A DNA stretch of 63,927 bases, the filler included, from Octopus bimaculoides (Eukaryota), in the NCBI RefSeq assembly GCF_001194135.2. It is 9 parts of 7 records of this genome, joined end to end, with 100 filler letters (N's around TTAATTAATTAA, not from the genome) between each part and the next. Parts side by side here need not be neighbours in the genome. Positions count along the whole stretch, not along the records: positions 10,516 to 24,518 come from NC_069001.1; 8 more parts are not named here. One strand, written 5' to 3'. A program made the position numbers and the translations under genes. Every line of letters begins with the position of its first letter. Positions within the stretch are counted from its first letter, which is position 1. The notes beneath the pieces were generated by a model. It saw nothing but the letters and a program-made list of their open reading frames with translations, searched no databases and was not told the DNA's origin. This document shows, piece after piece, positions 10,620-24,518 of this stretch.

Positions 10620-12580
10620 AACGTTATCAACGTCATTCTTTATCATTGTCATCGTCATCATCACTATCGTCGTCGCAGCCATCATCATCACAATTATCAT
10701 TTTCATCCTCCTCCTCCTCCTCTTCCTTCTCCTACTCATCCGTTTTCTCCTCCTCGTCATCCTCATTGTCATCATCGTCATCACCATCATCATCATCATT
10801 ATCATCACCTTCGTTATCATCGTCGTCGTCGTCATCAACATCGTTACCATCGTTTATTGTCGACATCATTAGTACAACAAGGGCAGCCCCAAACAATTAT
10901 CAACGTTATCAGACGATATCTCCCCCCACTTTTTTGTTTCATTCCCCCATAAAGTCTGCTTTTCATCTTCATCCTCCTCTTTATAGCGTCATATTATGTG
11001 TTATAGAAGGTAAAGCAATAAAGGTGCGTGCTAAGTACACCGAAGAAGATATCCGAAGAATGTTCTGTATTGTTTTCACTCCGTATTCCTTATTTATTCA
11101 ACTTCTTTTACTAATTCTAACCATTTCAACTCTTTGAGCTTTGTGTCTTTTGATTTATAATATCTTCAACTGATTCTGGTTTCTCTCTCATTCTTTTACT
11201 TACTGGCATCTTGTTGTTGTCGTTGGTGTTGGTAGTGTTGTTGTTGTTGTTGCTGTTGTCTATTGTGTTTTTGTTGCTGGGGTTGGTATTGTTATAGTTG
11301 TCGTTGGTGTTGATGCTAGTGCTGCTGCTGGTGGTGGTTGTGGTAGTAATCGTGGCGGTGAGAGTGACGACAGATGCAATGTTGGTGGCGGTAGATGAAA
11401 AAGTGATGAGAATAGTGGTGATGGTGGTGGTGGTGGTGATGGTGGTGGTGGTGGTGGTGGTGGTGATGATGCCGATGGCGGTGATGGTAGTGGCTGCGAT
11501 GATAGTGGCTGCGATGGTTGTGGCTGTGATGGTAGTGGCTGTGATGGCGGTGGTGGTGGTGAAATGCTGAAATGNNNNNNNNNNNNNNNNNNNNNNNNNN
11601 NNNNNNNNNNNNNNNNNNNNNNNNNNNNNNNNNNNNNNNNNNNNNNNNNNNNNNNNNNNNNNNNNNNNNNNNNNNNNNNNNNNNNNNNNNNNNNNNNNNN
11701 NNNNNNNNNNNNNNNNNNNNNNNNNNNNNNNNNNNNNNNNNNNNNNNNNNNNNNNNNNNNNNNNNNNNNNNNNNNNNNNNNNNNNNNNNNNNNNNNNNNN
11801 NNNNNNNNNNNNNNNNNNNNNNNNNNNNNNNNNNNNNNNNNNNNNNNNNNNNNNNNNNNNNNNNNNNNNGTGGTGGCTGTGGTAGACGCTGTGACGGTGT
11901 TGAAAGTGGTCGTGGTGATGGTGATGATGATGGTGGTGGTGGTGACAATGACGAGTGGTCATGGTGCATCTTGTAATGGTGTTGATAGTGGTGGTCGTGG
12001 TCGTGGTGTTAGTGGTGATAATGATGGTGATGTGAGGGTTGTGTTAGTTAGAAATGTTGATATAGTGGTGGCGAGGATGGTAATAATGTTCATGGTGGTG
12101 AGGATGAAGACATCGGTAGTATTGGTATTATTCGTTTTAGCAGCGCTACAAGCCCTCGCACAAAGCAAAGGCTTGTATAAGAGCTTGTATTATTGCTCAG
12201 TGCACACACAATAACAAATACTTATATTAGCATTGGACTCTAAATGCAGGCAACTGCCCATTATCAATGTACCACAAAACAAATATTGGTGGTGCTAATG
12301 GAGTTTGTAATAACACTGATGGTGGTGGTGGTGATGGCGCGGTGATAGAAGTGGTAGTTCCTGTGATACCGGTGGCAGTCTTAGCAACGGTATTAACGGT
12401 GGCGTTGAATGTAATGCTAGCCGTAGTTATAATGACAGTAACTGAGGTAGTGGTGGTTGTGGCGATGGTAGTTGTACTAGTGGAGGATATGGTCGGAGAG
12501 GCGGTGGGGATAATAGAAGTGATGGTGTCGGTCTTGGCGTTGGTGGCAGTGGTGGTGACGGCAGTAAAGCTACAGTGAAA
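10620..12580. repeat. Degenerate (CAT)/(TCC)/(GGT)/(GTT) low-complexity tract
   Basis: Cryptic trinucleotide periodicity throughout; gives Ser/Thr/Val/His-rich spurious ORFs. Confidence 0.85.
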
Positions 12581-12880
12581 CACGTTTCGTGTGAGTGAAA
12601 ATCTATGACTCCCTTAAAGCTCACACTGTTTCTCTCTCAGCAGTCACATGCGATCCCTAAACCTGTCCATAACTGTTTCTTTCTCTGTTTCACTCCCCTC
12701 GCGTAATCACTTTGATTTTCTTCTGTCTCTCTCTGTATATTTTACAAGCTCTCACTCTCACTGTCTCTAGCTGTTTCTCTCTCCCTCCGTCCCTCTCTCT
12801 AAGTATGTATGCTACCAGTGGTCTAGCGAGAAGAAAAAGAAACTAGTCAATAGACTATATATTATTCATATATATAAATC

Positions 12881-12922
<42 letters not shown>

Positions 12923-13870
12923 ATACATAATATATATGCATATATATACACATACACGCACACATACATATATAGACATGCATATATGGGTACAGGATGT
13001 CACTAACAGTAAACACCTTGAAATACGAAAACAAATGAGTTCGATACGCGAACAACGAGAGAAACAAATGGAAAACAGGACAAGTAACATAAAGAACGAC
13101 CCTTCTTCAGTTGTCGGCTGTCTATCTACTTCTCATTTCGAGCATTGAACAACATTATGAGTTTTCGATGACATTTGCACCCATAAGTACCAAAATAGAA
13201 TTCGGGATTTATGGGGGGTCAAAGTTGGGAACAAAAACAGGACAGTGGAGACATACAAAGAAACCGAACGAAAACAAATATGGAGGGTCGTTAGACCAGA
13301 ACGCGGATAAAATAGCGAACGGTGGAGAAATATTTTCTTTGACAAGAGAAAAGATATGAAAGAGATAGGATACGCGCTGTCGTTAGGACAGTCCTGAAAG
13401 AAAAGAAAGATGATCACGTGAGTGAGAGAAAGATGGACGATGGTCACGTGTGAGCAATGAGAGAGAGAAACGGGGAAAGCAGGAGGGAGAGAGAAAGAGA
13501 GAGAGAGACAGATAGAAAACAGCGAAGGGGAGAGAAAAGGGAATTAGAGAATAATATATATGTATGTATGCAAGTATACATGTATGTATATATAATGTAT
13601 TGCAATATAGTCTAAGTAAAATTGACTAGACTTCATATGACACAATTCTGGGTCTACTGTCTGAGAGGAACCATCGCTTCTTCAGACTTGAGTCTTGACA
13701 TGGTATCTTGCAGAACATTTAAAGCTCTGCTTCTCACACTTACCCATTATCATCCCTTTGCACTTACACACACGCGCGCACATACGCACGCACGCATACA
13801 CACACACGCACACTCGTACATAGAGATATATCCACACATGTATATATATATATACATACGCACATGTATA

Positions 13871-13922
<52 letters not shown>

Positions 13923-14921
13923 TATATNNNNNNNNNNNNNNNNNNNNNNNNNNNNNNNNNNNNNNNNNNNNNNNNNNNNNNNNNNNNNNNNNNNNNNNNN
14001 NNNNNNNNNNNNNNNNNNNNNNNNNNNNNNNNNNNNNNNNNNNNNNNNNNNNNNNNNNNNNNNNNNNNNNNNNNNNNNNNNNNNNNNNNNNNNNNNNNNN
14101 NNNNNNNNNNNNNNNNNNNNNNNNNNNNNNNNNNNNNNNNNNNNNNNNNNNNNNNNNNNNNNNNNNNNNNNNNNNNNNNNNNNNNNNNNNNNNNNNNNNN
14201 NNNNNNNNNNNNNNNNNNNNNNNNNNNNNNNNNNNNNNNNNNNNNNNNNNNNNNNNNNNNNNNNNNNNNNNNNNNNNNNNNNNNNNNNNNNNNNNNNNNN
14301 NNNNNNNNNNNNNNNNNNNNNNNNNNNNNNNNNNNNNNNNNNNNNNNNNNNNNNNNNNNNNNNNNNNNNNNNNNNNNNNNNNNNNNNNNNNNNNNNNNNN
14401 NNNNNNNNNNNNNNNNNNNNNNNNNNNNNNNNNNNNNNNNNNNNNNNNNNNNNNNNNNNNNNNNNNNNNNNNNNNNNNNNNNNNNNNNNNNNNNNNNNNN
14501 NNNNNNNNNNNNNNNNNNNNNNNNNNNNNNNNNNNNNNNNNNNNNNNNNNNNNNNNNNNNNNNNNNNNNNNNNNNNNNNNNNNNNNNNNNNNNNNNNNNN
14601 NNNNNNNNNNNNNNNNNNNNNNNNNNNNNNNNNNNNNNNNNNNNNNNNNNNNNNNNNNNNNNNNNNNNNNNNNNNNNNNNNNNNNNNNNNNNNNNNNNNN
14701 NNNNNNNNNNNNNNNNNNNNNNNNNNNNNNNNNNNNNNNNNNNNNNNNNNNNNNNNNNNNNNNNNNNNNNNNNNNNNNNNNNNNNNNNNNNNNNNNNNNN
14801 NNNNNNNNNNNNNNNNNNNNNNNNNNNNNNNNNNNNNNNNNNNNNNNNNNNNNNNNNNNNNNNNNNNNNNNNNNNNNNNNNNNNNNNNNNNNNNNNNNNN
14901 NNNNNNNNNNNNNNNNNNNNN

Positions 14922-14962
<41 letters not shown>

Positions 14963-15026
14963 CTAGCACAGACATACGCATTATGTATATACATACGCAC
15001 CGAAAACCACACCGGAGAACCCTTAC

Positions 15027-15158
15027 CAAAGTATAGTACCGTAGACATTACAGTACCATCATCGGTATGTATTTCTCCTCGGACAAAAAATGGTAAATGC
15101 CACAAAATTCCAAGGAGACATACGTGCTTAAGTCTTGAAATAAGTTGCAGCAAAAACG
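15027..15158 (-). CDS. Candidate internal coding exon of an unidentified gene (132 nt, phase 1-1)
   Basis: Very strong acceptor (ttttttcttgttttctttctttgtttcatatttag|) and donor |gtaagg. Only one frame is open: FLLQLISRLKHVCLLGILWHLPFFVRGEIHTDDGTVMSTVLYF. No family recognised. Confidence 0.45.
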
Positions 15159-16069
15159 CTAAATATGAAACAAAGAAAGAAAACAAGAAAAAAGCAAAAA
15201 AAATCATAAATATAGACTAAGAATATTGGAACAGCATCTCCTTAGCTGTATAGGAAAATAAAATGTCATGTTAAACACACATAAGCTAAATTACACACAC
15301 ACACATTTGCGTGTGTGAGCGCGTTAGATATACATGTGTATGTGTGTACCTATATAAATATGCATATATATATATATNNNNNNNNNNNNNNNNNNNNNNN
15401 NNNNNNNNNNNNNNNNNNNNNNNNNNNNNNNNNNNNNNNNNNNNNNNNNNNNNNNNNNNNNNNNNNNNNNNNNNNNNNNNNNNNNNNNNNNNNNNNNNNN
15501 NNNNNNNNNNNNNNNNNNNNNNNNNNNNNNNNNNNNNNNNNNNNNNNNNNNNNNNNNNNNNNNNNNNNNNNNNNNNNNNNNNNNNNNNNNNNNNNNNNNN
15601 NNNNNNNNNNNNNNNNNNNNNNNNNNNNNNNNNNNNNNNNNNNNNNNNNNNNNNNNNNNNNNNNNNNNNNNNNNNNNNNNNNNNNNNNNNNNNNNNNNNN
15701 NNNNNNNNNNNNNNNNNNNNNNNNNNNNNNNNNNNNNNNNNNNNNNNNNNNNNNNNNNNNNNNNNNNNNNNNNNNNNNNNNNNNNNNNNNNNNNNNNNNN
15801 NNNNNNNNNNNNNNNNNNNNNNNNNNNNNNNNNNNNNNNNNNNNNNNNNNNNNNNNNNNNNNNNNNNNNNNNNNNNNNNNNNNNNNNNNNNNNNNNNNNN
15901 NNNNNNNAGCGCAGGAGAGCAGGAGATTATAGCGGAATAAACTTTAAATAAACTAGCACAAGAAAACGAGAAACCAATGCTGTATATTTCCCAAGAATAA
16001 AAAGGAATGTTCAGACTTTGGCATGGTCGTCCGTGATTCCCGATATCTGTAGCATTGTTACAGGAAGAG

Positions 16070-16105
<36 letters not shown>

Positions 16106-16741
16106 TGATAGAGAGATAGAATGAGAGACTGAGAGAGAGAATGAGAAAGTGGGAAAGAGTAAAAGTGGTGAGAGAAGAGAAAGTTCACTTCCTCAGATAT
16201 TTTTAACGCCTCCAAAAATGATTGATAAAAATATAAGGATTTAAACGCAAATCAAGACCTGTCTGTCCACAAATGAGAGGCATAGCCATATAGAAAACTG
16301 CCAACACAGCGGAATTATCTTGATTTGGGAATTAATAGAGACGACGTGTTTGTGATCAAGATGTTCAGGAGCATGTCCACAACCAATATGTATATATGTA
16401 TGTATGTTGTTACGATCAGGAATATACTTATGTATAAAAGGGGTAAACTTCTGATCGCAACAACAGAAATTGGTCAAACAGGGAATTAATATTCAAAGAT
16501 TGAGATTATGTAACAACAGGTGCAATGCTCAAAGAATCTTATGTCCAATTCTCGATTGTTCAAAGGTAGGTGGTGAGCGGTCCGATCCGTATGCAACTCC
16601 CTATCGTATTTTGTACCACCCACGCCAAGTCCAGCTGTATTCTGAACTCCCCGTTTTAACAGGAAGTAAATGAGATTACCTGCCTCGCTCGTTAACAGGA
16701 AGTAAACGAGATGACCTGTCTCGTCCCATGCTCACTTCTTG

Positions 16742-16822
<81 letters not shown>

Positions 16823-17589
16823 CTACGTTATTTCAATTCTACCCAAAAGGTCGTTGACAAACGTTTATCTCGCCACATTCAGAAAACATTGTAAGTTCTC
16901 TCCCTTAATTATAGTATAGATATACATAACAATGTATGTATGTATGTATGATATTTGTTTGAGTTTTATTTAAGCTCTTGAGAGAGTTAAAGCCGGTTGC
17001 TATCAAAGCAACAAGATTTTTTAGTTAAAATAGTCTCCAGTGTTTATAAATATGTTGTTGAACTGATGTAGGTTGAACTATCGATCCCTACACTCAAGTG
17101 TGTGCATTTATTCACATACGAATCTCAGATGAAGAAGTTTGGGAACGGATGTATGTATGTATGTTCTTTTCTGGTTCTAATTATTTAAATTCTTCCTCTG
17201 AAGAAGGAACTGGTTTCTAAAAATGATACAAAGTCGTATCATTGGAATGTATATCATAAAAACAATGTTACATTTTAAAACTGAGAAAAGCCTTGCATAG
17301 TTTTACAGTTCCGCTTACAGATTGTACTTGTAATGTGCGAGTCAGTTGCTTCAATTTTTTTTCCTGAAAATCGAAGCTTATTCAGCCTGACAGTTAGGCA
17401 TTTACTTACAAAACCAAGTGCACCGATTATTATTGGAATAAATGTAAATTTTTAATCCGGATACAGAAGCTATAAGTTTCGAAGCAGTTCACCATAGTTA
17501 TATTTTTCTCTTTGATTGTCAAAGAGACATTAACAGACGCTACGTATTTTTTTCTTGTCTGTCCCAATCAACAACACCCGACTAGTCAT

Positions 17590-17716
17590 CTCTCTATCTC
17601 TCTATCTATCTATCTGTCAATGTGTCAATGTATCTATCTATCTATCTATCTGTCAATGTGTCTATCTATCTATCTATCTGTCAATGTGTCTATCTATCTA
17701 TCTATCTATCAATGTG

Positions 17717-17747
<31 letters not shown>

Positions 17748-17837
17748 GTCAATGTGTCTATCTATCTATCTATCTGTCAATGTGTCTATCTATCTATCTA
17801 ACTGTCAATGTGTCTATCTATCTCTCTATCGATCTGT

Positions 17838-17880
<43 letters not shown>
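17590..17880. repeat. (TCTA)n microsatellite punctuated by recurring TGTCAATGTG units
   Basis: About six TGTCAATGTG blocks separated by variable TCTA runs. Confidence 0.9.
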
Positions 17881-17919
<39 letters not shown>

Positions 17920-17947
17920 GTATGTATTTATGCATATATGTATTATG

Positions 17948-17978
<31 letters not shown>

Positions 17979-18239
17979 CATCCATCCATCACTCTACCAG
18001 TTATTTGATACCAGTAACATTTACCAACGTTAATGTCAGTTCACCTCTTCTCACTCAATGTTACTGATCACTCATACCCTAACCCACATATCATCTGTTT
18101 CCCGGCTACCAAATTGATGGCACCGAATACCGCGTTGTTAAAACGGTCCCAATCATTTAATTATTTTAATGCCTTGTGGACGTATATATTTATACACACG
18201 CACCACACATGCATGTATGTACATATATACATATTCATG

Positions 18240-18576
18240 CATACGTACATGTATATATGTATTTGCATATATACACATACATACATTTATATATGTATTT
18301 GCATATATACACATACATACATTTATATATGTATTTGCATATATACACATAGATACATACATACATGTATTTGCATATATACACATACATACATACATAC
18401 ATACATGTATTTGCATATATACACATACATACATACATACATGTATTTGCATATATACACATACATACATACATGTATTTGCATATATACACATACATAC
18501 ATACATGTATTTGCATATATACACATACATACATACATACATGTATTTGCATATATACACATACATACATACATAC
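18240..18576. repeat. ~32-40-bp minisatellite (atgtatttgcatatatacacatacatac...)
   Basis: About nine visible units, running into a gap. Confidence 0.9.
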
Positions 18577-18762
18577 NNNNNNNNNNNNNNNNNNNNNNNN
18601 NNNNNNNNNNNNNNNNNNNNNNNNNNNNNNNNNNNNNNNNNNNNNNNNNNNNNNNNNNNNNNNNNNNNNNNNNNNNNNNNNNNNNNNNNNNNNNNNNNNN
18701 NNNNNNNNNNNNNNNNNNNNNNNNNNNNNNNNNNNNNNNNNNNNNNNNNNNNNNNNNNNNNN

Positions 18763-18812
<50 letters not shown>

Positions 18813-18847
18813 GTGTACATGTGTGTGTCTGTGTGTTCGTATTAGTA

Positions 18848-18985
18848 GGCGGCCCATTTGGCATGGACCTTAGTACGTCACTTAGATTGTGTAGTACAAG
18901 TCACTTCGGTTTTGGGTTCAAATTCCACCGAGGGCAAGTTTCTCGTTCGTTCGTTCGTTCAGAGTCATCATATAAAGTACCAGTC
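18848..18985 (+). mobile_element. Diverged family D SINE
   Basis: aggcggccc...gggttcaaattccaccgagg...ataaagtaccag. Confidence 0.55.
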
Positions 18986-19443
18986 TTGTGCTGGTGCCGA
19001 TTCTTCTCTATCTCTCAATTTTTCTTTCTGAGAAATAAATCCGTTTGCTCTAAAAATATTCAAAATTCGCCGCATGCCACTATGGAAAACGTAAAAGTGA
19101 AATTCTAACAAGAGACAGTGGACAGCCACAGTTTTGTATAAAAGAATATCTATCTATGGTGTATGTGATGAGGTATACATATATTTCCCCCCACCTCCAT
19201 GTAAATTCAAACATGTATACATCCATATGTACAAAAGTGCATATATACATATATGCTTATGCGCGTATATATATATATATATATAGGAGGGAGAGAGAGC
19301 GAGAGAATGAGTCGATGTATTCACTAAAAACCTTCAAGGCGGTGCTCCAGCATGGTCGCCGTCAAATGATTAAAACAAATAAAATAATTAAAGGATATAT
19401 ATGTATGCATACACACACACACACACACGCACATATATATATA

Positions 19444-19606
19444 GGCACAGGAGTGGCTGTGTGGTAAGTAGCTTGCTTACCTACCACATGGTTTCGGGTT
19501 CAGTTCCATGGCGTGGCACCTTGGGCAAGTGTCTTTTACTATAACCTCGGGCCGACCAAAGCCTTGTGAGTGGATTTCGTAGGCGGAAACAGAAAGATGC
19601 CCGTCT
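19444..19606 (+). mobile_element. Family A SINE, head and body
   Basis: ggcacaggagtggctgtgtggtaagtagc...caccttgggcaagtgtc...; runs into (TA)n and a gap. Confidence 0.9.
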
Positions 19607-20008
19607 TGTATATATATATANNNNNNNNNNNNNNNNNNNNNNNNNNNNNNNNNNNNNNNNNNNNNNNNNNNNNNNNNNNNNNNNNNNNNNNNNNNNNNNN
19701 NNNNNNNNNNNNNNNNNNNNNNNNNNNNNNNNNNNNNNNNNNNNNNNNNNNNNNNNNNNNNNNNNNNNNNNNNNNNNNNNNNNNNNNNNNNNNNNNNNNN
19801 NNNNNNNNNNNNNNNNNNNNNNNNNNNNNNNNNNNNNNNNNNNNNNNNNNNNNNNNNNNNNNNNNNNNNNNNNNNNNNNNNNNNNNNNNNNNNNNNNNNN
19901 NNNNNNNNNNNNNNNNNNNNNNNNNNNNNNNNNNNNNNNNNNNNNNNNNNNNNNNNNNNNNNNNNNNNNNNNNNNNNNNNNNNNNNNNNNNNNNNNNNNN
20001 NNNNNNNN

Positions 20009-20058
<50 letters not shown>

Positions 20059-20379
20059 AACACACACACACGCGTGCGCACGCATATAATGAAAGAAGGA
20101 AAATGTACAGTTTAATATTCTTTTATTCTTTTACTTGTTTCAGTCATAGTATTTTCCGTTATGCCTAGTTTGGCTGTGTAACATTGCAAGCAAGGAAGCA
20201 AGATTGAAGTCCATTTTTAATGTTATGTATGTGTATATATATATATATATGGGTGTGTGTGTGTGTGTAATAAAAGCATCCACCCACACACACTCATACA
20301 TACATGTATACATGCAACATACATATATATATATATACATAGATGTAAACAACATAGGCACGCGCATGCACACGAACTA

Positions 20380-20436
<57 letters not shown>

Positions 20437-20440
20437 GACA

Positions 20441-20471
<31 letters not shown>

Positions 20472-20717
20472 CGGACGGAAGATGAGTGAATATGTAAAAG
20501 AAAGGGGAAAGGTAGTAAAAGAGAGCAACAGAAAAAATAAGAGGAAGAAAAAACAAAATATTGCATTTACATGGCCGCGCGGATAATTTGATCCACACAC
20601 ACACACAACCACCTGCACACAGTGATTCACTACAACCACACACACAAATATAAGTATTGAGTGCTTTCGTGTCTTATATATTAAAGTCATTTATCATGTG
20701 TATCTAAGTGCTTTTAA

Positions 20718-20762
<45 letters not shown>

Positions 20763-21567
20763 TATTTATAAATTTACACATAAATATCATCTATTCACAT
20801 ATATAGATATATGTATGTTGATGCCTGTGCGTATATACATACACACAAACACACGCACATGTATATCCTTTCATACATAAATACATGACATAAGTGTATA
20901 GATGCATACGTGTGCGTAGTTTGAACATATGAATGAATAGTGAAGTTATGTATATATAATTGTATGCGTGTACATATGTTTTAATTTGCAAGGAGGAAAG
21001 AAAATATATGTATCAATGGATACACAATTAATTACATTTCTTTATACGAAAGTGAGGCTTGTCTCTGTCTGAAGTTTGAGTTTCATGCTTCCGTTTTTCA
21101 TCGGCAAACGGAAATGCAAAAGCTCAGTGTATCGCCGGAAGGAAGCTTCAACTTCGAAAGTGAATATACATATACACATCCATGCATACAGACATACAAA
21201 CATACATATTACGCACATAATACATACAAACATACATACGTACGTACAGACATACTTACATATCTATCTATCTATCTATCTATATACATATATACAGTAT
21301 AAAGATCGTCCATTTTCAGATTTCACCCTGTGTTATTCAGTAGTAGTATTATTCGTACTTCCAGGCGTGCGTTTATGTTTCTATCGTGTGTGAATAGACA
21401 ATTGAAAAAAATTGAAGTCAACAAGAAGGAGTACGTTTGGACATTTATTTTCAATCACTACAATTGTTTCTTCGCAATGTAGTTCTCCAAGCGTGCAGGT
21501 ACTTAACTATGCAACCATTTCCCTGCATTATGAGATCTAGTTGTGTTTCCTCGGGTGAGAGCAACTA

Positions 21568-22520
21568 GTGACAGACACCCATCTAAAAGAACGCACTAGT
21601 ATACCGATAAGAAACTTGATGGAAATGTTGACCTTCTGTGTAGAAACTACCTACTTCAGTGTGGACACTGATATATATTGACACAAAGAAGGTTTAGCTA
21701 TGGGTTCGCCATTATCACCGATAATAGCCAATATATACATGGAATACTTTGAGAATTTGGCTTTAGGATCAACACCACTAAAATCAAGCCTATGGCTGAT
21801 ATATGTTGATGACACCTTTATAGTCTGGCCCCACTAGGAAGATATCCAAGTGCTGTTAGATCAAGTGAAATCAATAAAGCCATCCATACAGTTCACAATA
21901 GAAAATGAAATAGACAATCAGCTAGTATTCCTGGACGTATCAATAACACGCACCAAGTATGGATTCATGACATCCGTATACCGCAAGCCGATCTTCACTG
22001 GACGACACCTCAACTTTAATTCCCACCATCCATACAGTATAAAGAGAGGGATTGCTCAGTGCCTAAAACATTGAGCAAGGAATATAAGTAGCGATCGTGA
22101 TACCTATCATAAAGAAATGATGAAGCTCAGTAACAATCTATTAAGAAACAACTGCTCCAAAAGCACACTATCCACTCCAATTATGAAGAAAAGAGAAGAT
22201 GAAACTAATAAACTGTCTACAGTTTGTCTACCCTATGTGAAAGGCATCTCCTAAAATATACAAAAGATATGCGGCCCATATGACATCAGGACAGTATTCA
22301 AGAGTAATACAACACTTCGAAAATATCTCCTTCGAGTAAAACCACCAATAGAAAAGAATATGACCAAAAACTGCGTGTACTCCATTCCATGCAATTGTGG
22401 TAGGTTATAAAAAGGCGAAACATGTTGGCCCCTCAAAATAAGAGTAGAGGAACATCGCAAAACTGTGACACGAGGAGATATTGATAAATTGGTTATAGCT
22501 GATCATGTATGGAAAAATGG
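21568..22520 (+). mobile_element. Penelope-like element (Poseidon-type) RT + GIY-YIG pseudogene fragment
   Basis: GLAMGSPLSPIIANIYMEYFE, WLIYVDDTF (YVDD at 21802-21813), QFTIENE..LVFLDV, VYRKPIFTGRHLNFNSHHP, then CVYSIPCNCG..GET...RVEEH..IADH. Several in-frame stops. Confidence 0.93.
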
Positions 22521-22680
22521 AAAAGAAAAATTCTCTTCAGTGGAGTTGACAGAGAGATAGAGAGAGAGAGAGAGAACCATTTATGCAAAATACATAATGT
22601 AAATACCTCGTTGAAAGGCAAATTACTGTGATATTCGTCCTAAGATAATAGTCCTTATGTACGTACTGTGTATAAAAATG

Positions 22681-22712
<32 letters not shown>

Positions 22713-23106
22713 CTATGTATATATNNNNNNNNNNNNNNNNNNNNNNNNNNNNNNNNNNNNNNNNNNNNNNNNNNNNNNNNNNNNNNNNNNNNNNNNNNNN
22801 NNNNNNNNNNNNNNNNNNNNNNNNNNNNNNNNNNNNNNNNNNNNNNNNNNNNNNNNNNNNNNNNNNNNNNNNNNNNNNNNNNNNNNNNNNNNNNNNNNNN
22901 NNNNNNNNNNNNNNNNNNNNNNNNNNNNNNNNNNNNNNNNNNNNNNNNNNNNNNNNNNNNNNNNNNNNNNNNNNNNNNNNNNNNNNNNNNNNNNNNNNNN
23001 NNNNNNNNNNNNNNNNNNNNNNNNNNNNNNNNNNNNNNNNNNNNNNNNNNNNNNNNNNNNNNNNNNNNNNNNNNNNNNNNNNNNNNNNNNNNNNNNNNNN
23101 NNNNNN

Positions 23107-23440
23107 NGTGGAACCTTGGGCAAGTGTCTTCTACTATAGCCTTGGGCCGACCAAAGCCTTGTGAGTGGATTTGGTAGACGGAAACTGAAAGAAGCCCGTC
23201 GTATATATGTATATATATATGTATGTGTGTGTGTGTGTGTGTGTCTGTCCCCCCAACATCGCTTGACAACCGATGGTGGTGTGTTTACGTCACCGTCACC
23301 TCGCGGTTCGGCAAAAGAGACCGATAGAATAAGTACTAGGCTTACAAAGAATAAGTCTCGGGGTCGATTTGCTCGACTAAAGGCGTTGCTCCAGCATGGC
23401 CGCAGTCAAATGACTGAAACAAGTAAAACAGTAAAAGAGT
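23107..23440 (+). mobile_element. Family A SINE, body and tail
   Basis: Body, internal (TA)/(TG) run, then tail ...gctccagcatggccgcagtcaaatgactgaaacaagtaaaa. Confidence 0.9.
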
Positions 23441-24465
23441 ATATGAAGATATATAAATTATATTACATTGTATTATACTGTATTATATAAGAAAAGCGGT
23501 AACGATAATTTACACGTTTCGGCCTACAAGACTTTACTTTCGTCAGACAGTTCGACGGTAGCTACAGGTAAGCCGAAGCTTCGAAATCACTGTCAGCCCT
23601 ATTTCAAAAATATGATGACTATAATATATTCCCTACGAAGAAAAGTATTGAGTAATTCTCCAGTTTAATATTAAAGTTAAACTAGACATTTGTATGTGTG
23701 TGTATGTTTACAATACGTGTTGAAAAAACGATTCCTAGTCGACAATATTGACAGCCACTGACTTGGGAAATGGCGCAATCTTCGTGCCTTAAGCTCAACA
23801 GCTCCATGAGTTTGTCACACTTCTATGGCGGACACAATAGTCGCACATTAATATTATTTTCATTGTTATTCTTCCCGCTCAATTTTCTTTTTCTATATTC
23901 CATTTAATTTTTCTGCTTTTGTTAGCATAATCTTTTGCTTTCGTCAAACCGTATATAACAAAACACACACACACACATTTTTATATATATATATATATAT
24001 ACAGACATACATATAGGTATATACAAAATGTGCCTAAAAATACTGTTTATATGATGTGTACTTCTGTGTGTAGAGTACATACTTAATTGAGTAAATACTT
24101 TTAGAAGTGTTTCACTTCTAAGGAAACGGCTGGACTTTTCGGAAAGTCTAACCAATTTTGTCTTTTTTTCTTTTGTTTCTTACATTTTTGTTTTCATATT
24201 TTTCCTTTTTATCTTCCCAAACTACAAATGTAGCCTCGGTACAGACATACGGTTTTGATGTGAAGGATTCCTGCACATACACACACAAACATACACACAC
24301 ACACATTCATATACATATGCAAGTATATATATATAATATATATGTATATATATACTTATACATACATACATACACACACAGACAGATATATATATATATA
24401 TATATATATACTTATACATACATACATACACACACACACACAGATATATATATATATATATACTT

Positions 24466-24496
<31 letters not shown>

Positions 24497-24518
24497 GATA
24501 TATATATATATATATATA

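Noticed and set aside
12227-12583. Mucin-like Thr-rich ORF (minus) or Val-rich membrane ORF (plus)
   Set aside because: Both are readings of a degenerate GGT/ACC tract; no splice or domain support.
21078-21105. Hammerhead-like CCGATGA...GAAAC on the minus strand; similar relics near 7725-7755 and 61262-61310
   Set aside because: Core mutated and stems do not pair; at most PLE terminus fossils.
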